From assembly GCF_000497125.1 (NCBI RefSeq), contig NC_090597.1, positions 1,685,797 to 1,749,796 of the forward strand: a stretch of 64,000 bases of DNA, read 5' to 3'. A program made the position numbers and the translations under genes. Source of the DNA: Spironucleus salmonicida. Its lineage: Eukaryota. The notes under the pieces were generated by a model. The model was not told the origin of the DNA, made no database searches, and worked only from the letters and a program-made list of their open reading frames with translations. Shown in pieces: positions 26,570 through 39,714 of the stretch (position 1 is the stretch's first letter; each line of letters starts with the position of its first letter).

Positions 26570-28435
26570 ATGCCACCAAAATTATTGAAATTAGACTTAT
26601 AATCAAAGCCTTAAAGCACTCCTGAAGATTAATTTTTAATGCTTAATTTATTTTCGGAAAAAATAGACCCATCAGTTGTAAATTTAACTATTTATAAAAC
26701 GGCTTTATCCAATATAATGTTAGAGGCATTGTCATCAGATAAGCAAACTAGTACATCTAACATTATTATTCCAGAGTCTCCCTCATAGAATGGTTAATCA
26801 CGATAAGTGTCTGACTTTAATAGTATTTTATCACCACGGTCTGTCATGTCACCATTTTTTTAATAGTCACCCCGTTGTTTCCAATAGTAATAACCGGATT
26901 AGACTTAAATATTATCCAGAGTAGCACCAGTTAGAGAATTAAAGACAGTTGAAATTCCTGTTAAGGCCTCTGATCCAGATGAAATTGATATTATAAATTC
27001 AGTTTGTGATTCTTATTCTCAAGGGATCACTATACATACGCTAGGGTTACATCCAGCATTTACAAAATCATAAAATTTATCTAAGCGGTTAGGAAGAACT
27101 TAATTTGATGCTGAAGAAGAACTTAGAATTGTTAATGATGTTATTTTTGAAGGTGTTTTTGGTCTACCAGGATTTTTAGCGTGGACTGCGCTACCATTAG
27201 CATTGGCATATTTTGGAAAAGAATTTTCAGTTGAGACTATAGCAGAATAATTATTAACACATGGTGAAATAGTATAGCAAATATTCACATAACAAAATAG
27301 CAAAAAATTTCTTCTAACACCACTTATGCTTAAAAAATGGTATAATGAATTTTTTGAATAAAAAACAATTCACGAAAGATTATTTAATGTAATCAAGTAA
27401 CCTAACTCTGATAGAATTACTATTGATGATTTATAAAGAATATGTTAAGTTTTATTGAGGCTACACCCAGGTTTATCATTCTTATAGGATACCCCTTAGT
27501 TTTAATCATTATATTCATAGACAATTTCTTATCGAATTTTATTTGAATCTGATACTAATTTTAAAGGATATCTCAATTCTCATGATTTAAAGAAAATTCA
27601 CTCTAGCACAGGCACTGAATATTCTCCTGATTCCACACATTTCCACCAAAAAGTAGGAGGGTTGTTAGACTCTTTATGGTAAAGCCAGTTTGAATAGGAT
27701 ATTAATAAAAATTTAAAATGTTTTTCATATGAACATTTTTACGTATTTTATGTTTCTTTTTGGGAATTAGATTTGGATCATGATAAACAGCTAACTTTAT
27801 TTGATTTAGAGCGATATGCCTAAAACTCATTAAGTAAATTGGCAATAAGACGTACTTTTGATGCACTTTTAGCACTAAGGACAAGATAACCCCAACTATA
27901 TGAATGTGTTTATATGGAAAAGAATAATGAATAAAAGCCTACCCCGGATTAGTTAAAATCTTTTTTAGATAGCAATAGCTAGTATTTATTTTATCCTGAT
28001 TTTATTAGATTTTTAATTTTCCTAGAAAATCCAGATTTAGATGTTTCTGTACATTTTTGGTTTGAAATATGCGATCTTGATTGTGATGGTTGTATTAACT
28101 TTAGCGATTTTAAAACCTTCTTTAATCTTTAAAGAGATAGAATGGAGGCAAATGGCTCTGATATTTTGGAGACTGGTGATGTTTGGTGCCAGCTTATTGA
28201 TTTCTATAAAAGATCCAAAACAGATTAAGTAATTAGGCGAATTGATATACTAAAAAGTTAAGCTAGAGGCAATATATTTTCGGTGATGCTCCACTATTAA
28301 AGATTATAGTAATTTGATTAGAAAGATCCGTACACAATTAGAAACTTTTTAGCACTCGAAAAAACATTATGGGAGAAGTTTTGTAGAAGGCAGTATGATT
28401 AATAAGTCCAAGGTGCTCAAGGTGAAGGATTTTGA
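26570..28435 (+). CDS. PP2A regulatory subunit B'' (EF-hand), ~621 aa
   Basis: HPGLSFL...[21 protein letters not shown]...[14 protein letters not shown]. Confidence 0.92.
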
Positions 28436-28491
28436 TAATATTATTTTTATTCACATATATTTTTTTATTTCCACTTCCTTAACCATTCCAA

Positions 28492-29352
28492 ATGCAGGTC
28501 ACTAATGACTTAGTTCATGTTATCCAATCAGAGCCTAAGCAGCCTCTGATCAAAAAATTGTCGGTTGGTGAGATATCTTAATATTTAGTAGAGGGCACTA
28601 CTCCAATAATAAACACAATTAGAAGAGTTATTATTGACGAAACGCCAACTATTGCATTTGACACAGCCGTAGTTAGTATCAATACATCAGTTATCCCAGA
28701 TGAAGTATTATGTCATCGCTTTGCTATGGTTCCTATTCAAGTGGATCCAAGAATTTTTTCTTTCCATGAATAAACAATTACCGAAGAAAATACGCTTGTA
28801 TTTCGTTTAGATATCACTGCAGGTGATGAATTTAAGACCGTTTACTCTTCTGATTTAGAATGGATACCTTTCGGAAATTAAAAATAGCGTCTGAATAACG
28901 TTAGACCGTTGATTGAAAATATACCACTGGCTAAAATTGCTCACGGTTAAAAAATTATTGTTGAATTGTATGCACATAAAGGAATTGGTAAGGTTCATGC
29001 AAAATGGAGCCCAGTTTCTGCTTGCTGGTTTTCAATGCTACCTTAATTTTAATATAAATCTAAAATTGTAAATTGGGAGAATAGGAAGTCTTTTTCGGAT
29101 ACTAATCTGAAGGTAGATTGCCCTATGAACGTTTTTGATGATATAGAAGATATATAATTATAAAATTGTACTCTCTGTAGAAAATGCTTAGATATAGAAG
29201 GATTAAAATTATCTTTAGATGATACTCGATATTTGCTTAATATTGAGACTACATGTTCACTTACTGGATCAGAGATACTATGTGAGGCTTTAAATGTAAT
29301 CAAAGAGAAATCTTAACTTGTAATAAATGGTTTATCAAATTAAGATCAGTGA
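28492..29352 (+). CDS. RPC40: RNA polymerase I/III subunit AC40, ~286 aa
   Basis: NTIRRVIIDETPTIA, NTSVIPDEVLCHRF, GIGKVHAKWSPVS, CPMNVFD, CTLCRKC. Confidence 0.92.
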
Positions 29353-29365
29353 AAAATCAATCATA

Positions 29366-30676
29366 TCATTTTTATTGTCTACTACTTCTTTAGTTATTCA
29401 ACTAATAATAAAAATCTTTCTCTCCAAGTTTATAACTAGCCTGTAATGATATAACAAATTGGCAAAACTAGTTAAATATATCTTTGAAAAAGTTAATGAT
29501 GATCTCATTTTAGTCTAGATTGATATATATAATACTAAGCATTAACGAAATAATGAAAACTATAATTTATAAATTTAAATATAGTGATTTTTAGGGTGCA
29601 ATATCATCTTATACTTTTTTATTAACAACAATTCGATTATTATAATTCTATAACTAGTTTTTTTCTATTTAATTTATTGCTAAATTATAAAATTTGCATG
29701 ACTTATATAAATCTTATTTTATAAGATCTAGAGTATAATTTGGAATATGTGTAATATCAATAACTGTGGTCTCAAAAATTTAACTGACATTTTCATCAAT
29801 TTTTTAAATGTTAAGTTTATCAATATAGTCAATAGCAGCTATAAAACTATTCTAAGTTAGGTTAGATTTAGTATTCATTAAAAATTTTAGCTATATCTAA
29901 TAAGTTTCTCTTATTTTATCAGAAACATAAAATATTTTTTAACGATTAACGAGAATATATGTATCTTTTTATGAAATTTTTATTATTATAAGAGTAAATA
30001 AAACCTACAATTATTATGGAGCTGTAATTTTTAATTATTCGTAGAACTACTAAACCAAATCTATATATCCGAGAATATCTTCAAACTAGATTATAGTTGT
30101 TTTATTAATTAGTTTTTTTATTTTTTATTCAAATAATTAAACAAGGATTAATTGTATTTTTTACTAAACAACCTGAGTAAACGACTAACCTGAAGCAAAT
30201 AACAAAAATTTTAAAAATCTGACATTGTTTATTCCTTCTTACCAAGTGCACATATCCAAATACTTAATCAATATTTATTCCATTATATTTTTATCGCAAG
30301 ACTGTAAAATTAATCTTAAATTCATGTCATTGGAAAGTCTTGAATCTGAAAAGTTTTATGAAGCAAAAAGCATTATATACTCTAATATCTAATCACCATT
30401 AGATAATAATAATGTACATTTAGTCTAATGTTTTGACGAAAGCAATGAATATGGTTCGTTTAAATTAAAGATTTATGTAAATAGTTTATTATTTATTTAA
30501 ATTTATGCAATTTTAGCATCTCTGACAATCGATTTAATAAGTGTATCTGTAGAGTTATATTGAGGTGCAAAAATCTTAACAAAATGTTAGAATGGTGTCA
30601 TTTATTCTTATTCCACTATTTCAAATGGTGTATCTGGTGCATTTGATAAAACAGCAAATCTATTTCCTTACTTCAT
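29366..30676 (-). CDS. Hypothetical helical protein (weak TCF25/Rqc1 resemblance), ~436 aa
   Basis: Open frame MKQGNRFAVLS...; family resemblance tentative. Confidence 0.45.
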
Positions 30677-30792
30677 TTAGAGGTGAAAAGGTGTAACTAC
30701 AATTATATATAAAATTAACTTTATTATAAAATAATATTAATCTAATTATAGTACATATTTATTATTTTATTAATTATTTTCCACTTCAAATC

Positions 30793-31692
30793 ATGTTTGA
30801 CATTTAACAGATACTGGAATTGACTTTAAAGCGACAGAAACTACCAGAAGATTAATTAAAAGAGTTAGTATTTCGCGTATAAGCTTTATTTGTTACAGAA
30901 CCCAATGTAGTATCCGTTCCAGTGCCTACAAAGATTTGCGGAGATGTTCATGGTCAATTTTATGACGTTCTTAAGCTTTTTGAAGTAGGTTCAGCACCAA
31001 ACCCAACACGATATGTATTTTTAGGCGATTATGTCGATAGAGGATATTTTTCTCTTGAGGTTATTACTTTACTTTATTGCTATAAGTTAATTTCACCTAC
31101 TTCCATTTACCTGCTAAGAGGGAATCACGAATCCAGAGCAATCACATAGTCATATGGTTTCTACGACTAGTGTTCACGTTATTATAACCATTCCGCCGTA
31201 TGGAAAGCTTTTGTCGAATCCTTCGATTTTATGCCAATTTCAGCGGTCGTTGGGCAGAAAATATACTGTGTTCACGGAGGTTTATCACCTAGCTGCTAGC
31301 AAATTGATGATATTCGGCTAATCAACCGTGCGGTTGAAGTACCAGCAGAAGGTCCTTTTACGGATTGCCTTTGGTCTGATCCGGATAGCAAGGTTCCTAC
31401 ATTTTCTGCATCAACACGTGGTGCAGGTTATCTTTTCGGCCCTAAAGCAGTAGAATAATTCAACCATCTCAATGGTGTTTCAGTCGTTGCCAGAGCACAT
31501 CAACTTGCCCCTCAAGGCTACTAATGGTGGTTCGCAAATACTTGTGTAACTGTCTGGTCTTGTCCAAACTATTTTTACAAATGTAAGAATCTCGCTTCTA
31601 TCATGTGCGTAGATGAACAAAATAATTACAAATTTGATGTTTTTGATGCTGTTCCTGATAGTTAGAGAGAGAAACCAGAATGGGTGAAGTGA
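30793..31692 (+). CDS. Ser/Thr phosphatase, PP2A/PP4/PP6-family catalytic subunit, 299 aa
   Basis: GDVHGQ, GDYVDRG, RGNHESR, HGGLSP, LWSDP, RAHQL, WSCPNY. Confidence 0.96.
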
Positions 31693-31706
31693 AAGTCTAA
31701 ATAAAA

Positions 31707-33299
31707 TCACAAATACCCATCACGCCTTAGCTGTTCATTTATTATATTCTAAGCAAAATCTGTGCTTTCTTTCTTAATCTGATGTGTGTCAAGGCGGAAG
31801 CCTCTGGTTTTCCTTAAGTCTGAGTTCAATCCGCTCTTGTAAACTCCATCCAAAATATCATAACTTTGTTTATTAAATTGAATTTTTATATTATTTGGTA
31901 AATCGCCGTTGAAAAACTAACGAGTATCCTTTCCAAATATTTCCACATAGACATCGTCATCTTCTTCTAGTTTTGCAAATTTTCGATGGGATTTTTTAAC
32001 AGTTTCATTTGTTTATTTGTTTAACAAAGAATCTAAACATTCTAAAGGTTCAATCTTAAGCAGCTCATCTAAAATAGTAAGTTTAATCTCTAATAGATTT
32101 ACTACAAATTGCACTGAATTTTAACTATCTTCCATTGGGATAATATTTTGTTAAGCCTATGGGTTAATCAGCTAAAGAGACATAACTAAGTCTCTGAAAA
32201 AATCAGAAATTTTCTCGTAACTTTCAGTCATTTGAGATACTTTTTATTTTAAATATATTTATTCTGATAATTTGGTTTATCTTTCTTTTTCGATTGCATT
32301 TTTATTAGATTTTATTTTAGCCATATTATTTTCAAAGTCAAATTTAACATGTTTTAATTCTGTCATAACATCTCTAATTTCTATGTCTAAAAGAGATAGT
32401 TTTAATTCGATATCTTATTTTTCTTAGGACAAATTGTTTTTGTGCATTCGAGCTCTCTTGAATATATCTAATGGTTATTTAACATTAAAGCTCGGAATGA
32501 GTTTTTCTTTTACTAACTTGAAAATAAATTCCTCTTAATCATCCGTTGCTTTCTAATCAGGATTTATATTTTCAAAAGTATAATTTTTAATAATATCTAA
32601 TGGCTATATTTTCAAAGATTATCGAAGTTCATATTTTCTATCTTCGATTTACGTTTTATTAGTAAGTTATATATTAATTAATTGTTGTTTAACTAATTCT
32701 AATTATTATTCTGTGATTTGATTTTATATTATTGAGTTTTCATATATTTCTTAAGAATATTCACAGTCTTATACAAACACTTATAAAATTTAAGTGGATT
32801 TATCTACAGATACCTCGTGATAACGTTATTCCTCTAATAGTTTATGTACACTTTATTAGTAAAAGTCTTAGATTTATTATGCTTCTTTTACCTTGAGTTT
32901 TTGTTCGTCTAACCTATTTTCTAAAAATAAAATTTTATCTATATTTTCAACATGTATACTTTGAGAAATAATTTCTTATAATTTTTGTAGCTTTCTTTGA
33001 CGTTACTACTTCTAATAAGCTAAATCATTAATATTATCCTTTAGCGATTTGAACAATTTTTCTTTAATAACTAGTTAGTGATCGAGTTTTTCTTAACAAT
33101 AATGGGTAGTAATTGCCTAGTGTTTAATGATTATATTATCAGAAGCTAATCGGTTAGTTTTTTAGGAAACTGATCGATACCTTTACTATTTCATTTACTG
33201 TAAAATATTATTATGAGTTGTAATAACAGGTATATATTTATCCATATAAGGTTTAAATTGAGATGCATTTCTGTACACCGTTTATGAGCGAGTATTCAT
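31707..33299 (-). CDS. Coiled-coil protein, ~530 aa
   Basis: Long Q/E/K-rich frame MNTRSQTVYRNASQF...EQLRRDGYL TGA. Confidence 0.6.
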
Positions 33300-33361
33300 T
33301 TATAATTTTTGAAGCGGAATACACTATATGATTATTATATGTATAATAAATACTATATAAA

Positions 33362-33703
33362 ATGAGTATTTAGTAATTGTTATTAAAGCATGATTTAATA
33401 TTTGTTTGCTAAAAAGATTGCATATCAACTTATAAATCTTATAATATTTATAGAGAGCTACTACAAAATTTAAACGTATGTATTATAGCAGACAATATTC
33501 AGTTACCATTTTTATATGATTTATAAAATTATAAATATTATAATTATAATGAGTATTGGTAAAGTTTAGCCGATGTTGGTATCGCGACGGCTCCTTTTTT
33601 TATATATAATTTTTAATCAAACTTCGTAAAAATTTAGCCATTATCATAAGAAAGTCTAGATAAAGTTAACTTTCATTTCAAAAAAATCAAAAAAATCAAA
33701 TGA
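33362..33703 (+). CDS. Small thioredoxin-fold-like protein, ~113 aa
   Basis: LIFVCQKDC near the N-terminus and LADVGIATAPFFIY (cis-Pro-loop-like). Confidence 0.45.
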
Positions 33704-33704
33704 A

Positions 33705-34802
33705 TCATTTTTTATTCTATTTCTAACTCATGATCCATAATCCTAGGTCATCGTCCCCGTCTAAAAATATTTATAGTCCTAATCTTCCTATTTCATCTTT
33801 TTCTAGGCATTCACAACCAAAAATAATACAGTTTCTGGTATGATAAATGTTATAATCATTATAAATTAGTGTCCAATTTAATTTAACATTTTTCAGCTTA
33901 TATTATTATATTTTGTAGAAGTAAAATCGTTGTTCTAAGCTCGTTTAGAAAGAAAAAGTTTATTCAGCTTTAACCATTAATTACTCAAGAAGATCATACT
34001 TTTACTCTGTTATTAGATATTTAGATATCAAAAATAATGCACGAATGTCTTTTAATTCTTCTATTAAGATACAACCTTCATTATTAATGTAATTATAAGT
34101 TTGAACAATAATTTTAAGATCTTCCCAAAGAAGGCTAGCCCGCTGGCAATCTTCTATAAATAATAAATATTAATAATTTAGGACAGCCCACCAAAAATCA
34201 GGAGAATTATTATAAATAATCACATACTTTAATAGCACTTTAATGGAAAGTTAATCTGGCAAAGAAAATATAAAAATAAGTCCTTTTGATAAATTTACTA
34301 CCTCTTATGGCTTTAGTTACTTTGGGTGAAAAAATTATCTCAAAGATCCTAAAAGATTAACAAATTTATCATTTGAAAAAAATAGCGTTTAAGAATGCTC
34401 AATAGGCAACCTGTTATCTATTTTAAGTAGGCGTGGTTCTAAATTTAGTAAAAGTTTACCTTAATCTTTATTTAAATAAATATATTTGGCCCATAATTCC
34501 ACTGACTCTGGTATAGATCCTATAAACTCTAATGCTGACTCATAGATAGATACTAAATATGGTTTTAAAAGATCAGATGTTTCTGCATATGAGATATAAA
34601 ATACCCAAATTTAAATTGAATGAGGTATAGTTTATAGTGCCTACTAAATTATCTCTAAATTATAATCGGTTAACTTAATTAATTGAATCCAGTATCCAAA
34701 ACATTACGGGAACTGCTGTGTAATTTATTTAAGTAATATAATTTTTTTTTAATGTTCTTCACATAGTTCTAACTATTTTGCAAGATCTTAAAAAATTTCC
34801 AT
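33705..34802 (-). CDS. PRP39: HAT-repeat protein, Prp39-like, ~365 aa
   Basis: FPQCFGYW...QQALQTIPHSIQIWVFYISY...IYESALEFIGSIPESVELWAKYI. Confidence 0.65.
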
Positions 34803-34815
34803 TTTTTGAAAACAT

Positions 34816-37167
34816 TCACTCTATAGTTAAAGGTATAATAATTGATTCTACCGACTAACAAATTACATTTAAAACATGATGTTACTTCATTTATTATAAA
34901 TATGTTTGTAGCTAATTAGATAATTATTATCTAGTTGATATATTATATTAATCATAATCGCCAGCTTTTTATAAACACTTATTTTTAATTTACTAAAATA
35001 CATTTGAAAACATATTCTCAGTTTTGTTATCTTCTCCAATAATAGTATCTATAGTGGTACAAAGTACATCTTATTGTAAGGATTTAATTATTAATTCATT
35101 TTTTAGTAATTAAATTATTTACTCAACTGCAAAATATTAATTTGCTAATTATAACTACTTCAATTCATAAGGAATGAATACATAAAAAAATAATTATCGT
35201 ATAAACAGTAAAAATGAATACTTGGCTTAATCTTTTTTGTATGCCAATATAAATTACTAAATATATGCATAAGTTTGGGAGGTACATATCAATGCTTATT
35301 CTATTTATCCTGAAATCAAACAACTAAATATATAAAATAAAATTGATTTTATATCTAATAATTAAATATCTCGAAGTTTATTAACAATTATTTCTGCAGA
35401 TAAATCAAGTTCTTAATCTGTTTATTAAAATTACTTATCTATAAAATAAATAACTTCTTTGAGATTAAATTAAAGAAATTTAGAAATATCCGTTTTTAAA
35501 GATACAAAAGTAATTATATCCGACTACAAAATATCAGCTGCTTCTTTATTTTTTAATAATAAAATTTCGTGATTATCTAAAATATCATTTATTGCATTAT
35601 ATGAAAATTCTTAATTTGATTGAATATATTCTATAAAAATTATTAAAAGAGGAGTCAACTTATTATTACATATTTATGTAAAGATTGTTGGTGTGAAGCA
35701 CTAAAAAATTTATTAAATAAACTTTTATGAATTATTTTTATATTTTTCTAAAATAAATAATGATAACTATATCTTTGTAGTTGTTGAATGGTTTAAAATA
35801 TTAATATAATGAAAAACTATACTTAAGAATTATGGTTCAATTAGTATATAATTATCTTCTATAAATCTATGAACCTATAATAATTTTTCATTACTAATTT
35901 ATGATATATTATCTAGGTCTTCTATAAGCATTATATAATATCCATAGTATTTAAGCTTTTATTTGTCAATTTCTAATGGAAATATAACAGAATCAGGATA
36001 TAAGTAAGATCCAACTTTATACAAAAATTCTTTTTAAAATTAAATATAACTTTAATCTTTTTCTAAAATTTCAGGAATTTTAGCATTAATTTAATAATTA
36101 AAATATGGATCTAAATATGCAAACATTTCCTTTGCACCCTTAATGTTTTTGTCTTCTATTAATTAAAATATTCTCTATAAGCAAATCTAAAACAATTACC
36201 CAAAATCATTTTTATACAATGAAAAAATAATCTTTTTCTAAAAACTATCTGATATACCACATTCGGATGCTAAATCTTCTATCAATTACTTTAAGAATCC
36301 ATTAAATAGCTTGTTTGCACGATTTACAGTATAAAATACTATGCTATTATTATAAATTTTAATTAACTATAAAAAGTTCTTTTTAGTTGCATAAAAAGAG
36401 GAAAAGTATATTGTATCCGGTATTTCTAAAACTTTACCTTGACTAACACCAAATTTATAAATAATGCAATTTTAGCACCCAGCTAGTATCCAATCTTGTA
36501 TATTTAAAAATTAAAGAACTTTAACCTCACCACATCCGGTATTAAACAATGCAATAATTTTAAATACTCTTAAATCTATAATACATACATCTCCATAAAT
36601 ATTGCCCACAGCACAAATTCCCTGAATCTAGCATTATGTAATGATACAAGGATATTAAATATTAATTAATTTAGTTTAATATAGTATATCATTGATGAAT
36701 ATATGACATTCTAAGTTAGAACTTGCAATCATTAGTATTTTTTAGTTAGAATAATTAATTACTTGGATATCTTTAACTTCATTAATTAATTTAAATTCTT
36801 AATTCAAAAAAGTAAAATTATTACCAAAATAGAATATATTATTAGAAATATTGCAACATTACAGTTCTTGTTTATATAATTTTTCTTCAATATCGAAATT
36901 TTAATTAATAAAAGTTAGACTATTATCAGTATGAGAAATTACTGTATATTGCTAGTGAAAATATACTTATATGATGGCTTTTTATAATTGTAATTTCTTT
37001 TCTAATAATATATTTGTGCCGTTAATTTTATAATAATACAAAGTATAAATTCCTATTAATAATAGATTATCTTCGTTTACTTTTGACTAAAATATTTATT
37101 CATCTAATGCAACTAGTTATTACTCAAATAAATCTTCAAATTTATATTCATTGAAACTTAACTTCAT
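34816..37167 (-). CDS. Beta-propeller plus alpha-solenoid protein (Vps8-like?), ~783 aa
   Basis: WD-like ICAVGNIYGDVCIIDL and WILAGCQNCII, then a helical region; ends GAG TGA. Confidence 0.45.
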
Positions 37168-37268
37168 TTTTTAAATATATGTTAGTTAATATATTATTTA
37201 AAATAATACTTAAATACATGTATTTAATTTGAAATAATTTTTACATTAATTATTTTATACCACTTGAT

Positions 37269-37613
37269 TCAAAATCTAGTATATATTAAGTAATTCATAA
37301 TTAACATGAATACTAAATGGATAATTAATATTTGCAAGTTCATGACAACTGAAATCTACTCGTTTATAAAATTCTGTTTTTATTTAGCATTAAAATAATT
37401 AATATGTATTAATTTATGTAACTGTAAATTTTTATAAATATAGTGTGTTTATTATGAGAGTAAAATTAAGCACAAGTTATTTTTAGTATCACTGATATTC
37501 AACTGAACATTTAACATAATTTATTTTGTTTTATAGTATTTAGTAAATAAGTTACTATAATAAAAGCTAGAACACACATTATAGATTTAAAATAAGAATA
37601 AAATAATTATCAT
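37269..37613 (-). CDS. Possible small protein with hydrophobic N- and C-termini, ~114 aa
   Basis: Frame MIIILFLFQIYNVCS...ILIIHLVFMLIMNYLIYTRF fills an otherwise empty gap. Confidence 0.3.
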
Positions 37614-38660
37614 TCAAATACTAATTATATTAATTCCTTTATCTAAATTATCAAAATCTAATATTACTGTTTCATTTTTGTGTATACTAATTAAATATAC
37701 AACTTTCTCCGAACATAAAAGTTTTTAAATATATGATTTATTTTATCCAAACGCAACTAAGATATCATATTATTAAATTAAACAATCTGAACTCATTTCT
37801 TTCATTGGTAAATGTAAACCTGCTTCAGGGTAAAGATGTCCAGATTTATATATCATTTATAGGTCAACTTATTTCCCGTAGTTGATAAAAATAATGATAT
37901 TATTGTTATATCTACAAATGGAAGGATTTCCTGATCTTTTTACTTTACTAATCGGAAAGCATAAATCAGGTAATGGCTATATAGGCATTTAGAGTGAAGT
38001 TGGATCAGTATGACCACTCATTATAGTTATATTATCAAATTAAGATAGCAAACTGTCAATAAATTTAAACTAAGTTTACATTTAAATATAAGTGTCTGTA
38101 GGCGAAAATTCAAACAGTTTAATGCAATTATCATTACTTAATGGATCTTTGTATAAATTTCCTCCTATGATACAATTCTTAATATGATTATTTTATTTAG
38201 CGAATTCTTAAATTATTGCAAGACGAGAAACAGATGAATTAATATCTGAAGCTAATAAAGTCCCAGATATAGACTCTTGAGTCTCAAGTTCTAGTACTTA
38301 TATAATCTAGTTGGAAAAAATAACTTCACCGCTTAGTTTATCATTTATTATATTTCCATTAATGCCAATTACTGTACCCTCATAAATATTTTGAAACTAA
38401 TCGCCTTCCAAAATTATTTCTTCGTCTAATTATTTTAGTATATACTAAGGTTCACTATAGGTTTTTGAAAATCTTGTTTGTGGATTAAGAATAGCTGAAA
38501 ATTAGTCAATAGCTGAAAAATTTTAATCCCTTTTATGCAATATTCCAACAAATTATGCGTTGATTTGAATAGATTTAAGCCTTGAATGCATTAAATTTAT
38601 TATATGAGACGTTATATGCTTGTTCTAAGTAGGAGTATATTATATAGTATTGATCTCCAT
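37614..38660 (-). CDS. POLD2: DNA polymerase delta subunit 2 (B subunit), ~348 aa
   Basis: EGTVIGING; TMSGHTDPTSLQMPIQPLPDLCFP; SGNP; GHLYPEA. Confidence 0.8.
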
Positions 38661-38748
38661 TTTCCATCTGTATAATGATTTATAATGTACTATAATTACT
38701 AATTATTATAATCTAAATTTATCTATTCTTTTTCATTTTATATTTGAA

Positions 38749-39705
38749 ATGACAGAAGAATCATCAGACTCCACTGATTGGTCTTTACACCCACTTTTTA
38801 TTGATCATACACCTTCATAAGCACATATTGACAAATCTCCATAATTATAAGGAATATAATCTATGTTATTTGAGGAGAGTCCTGATGTTAAGCAAGGAAC
38901 TCTAAGAACTTAAGGAAATAATTGCATGGCAGTAGCTCTTCGTTAACAAGATAAAAATTTACTGCGTTAGCATTTAAGATAGGCATTATCTTGTTACACT
39001 GAAGCAATAGAAACAGAAACTAATGTTCTTGAGCCAGAAAAATCATTAAAGCTTGCTGTCATATATTCAAATAGATCAGAATGCTTCAGACTTCTAGAAG
39101 ATTATGCGAGAGCATTTTAAGATGCGGATGCAGCCTTTACACTGGACTAATCAAACTGGAAATCTATCGTTAGAAAAGCTAAAATTTGTGAAAATCTTTC
39201 TGATTTTTCAAGAGCAATTTATTATTGGAAGAAGGTGTGGGATGTAACTAATTAATAATAGGTGAAGAAGAGTTTAAATGTATGTAAAATTATGCTTAAA
39301 AATATTGAAATTAAGCTATCGGCTTAAAAATTAGCATGCCAAGAAACTTGCGGCAATGTTCGGTTTGGCAAACTATTACCATTTATCGCTATGGAATAAT
39401 CTTAGGTTTTAGAATCATACAACTTGAAAAGTGTGCATATATATATCTTGGATTTAGAAACTTTATAGGTAGACACTTTATAAGATTGCTATTTAGATAC
39501 AAAGATGAAGGACTTTTAAAAAATATTAGAAACAAAGAAAAAATTCACATTTAGAGAAAATTGGACAGATATGTTTGATGAACATATAAAACCATCACAA
39601 GGATAATAAAAAGTTATCATTATCAATAATAACAAGACATTAAGAGAAATTATCAATGATGAAAGATATATAGTTCCTGGAGTAATAAGTTTTTATATAG
39701 AGTGA
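38749..39705 (+). CDS. TTC4: TPR co-chaperone TTC4/Cns1, ~318 aa
   Basis: HPLFI...LQGIQSM...QGNNCM...CYTEAI...YSNRSEC TPR repeats. Confidence 0.8.
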
Positions 39706-39714
39706 ACACTTGTC

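Noticed and set aside
31168-31170. TAG at the normally Glu position of phosphatase YDEC, hinting TAG=Glu
   Set aside because: Outweighed by several TAG codons at invariant Gln sites (GRVQEL, PGMLQSG, FFFQP, ITQ)
33476-33491. GTATGT...CAG possible intron
   Set aside because: Only 16 nt, no ACTAAC branch point, and the ORF is open without splicing; no convincing intron was seen elsewhere by eye
33568-33601. GC-rich hairpin (AGCCG...CGGCT) followed by a T run, resembling a Pol III ncRNA or terminator
   Set aside because: Lies within the 33362-33703 ORF (LADVGIATAPFF); no snRNA or tRNA motifs recognised
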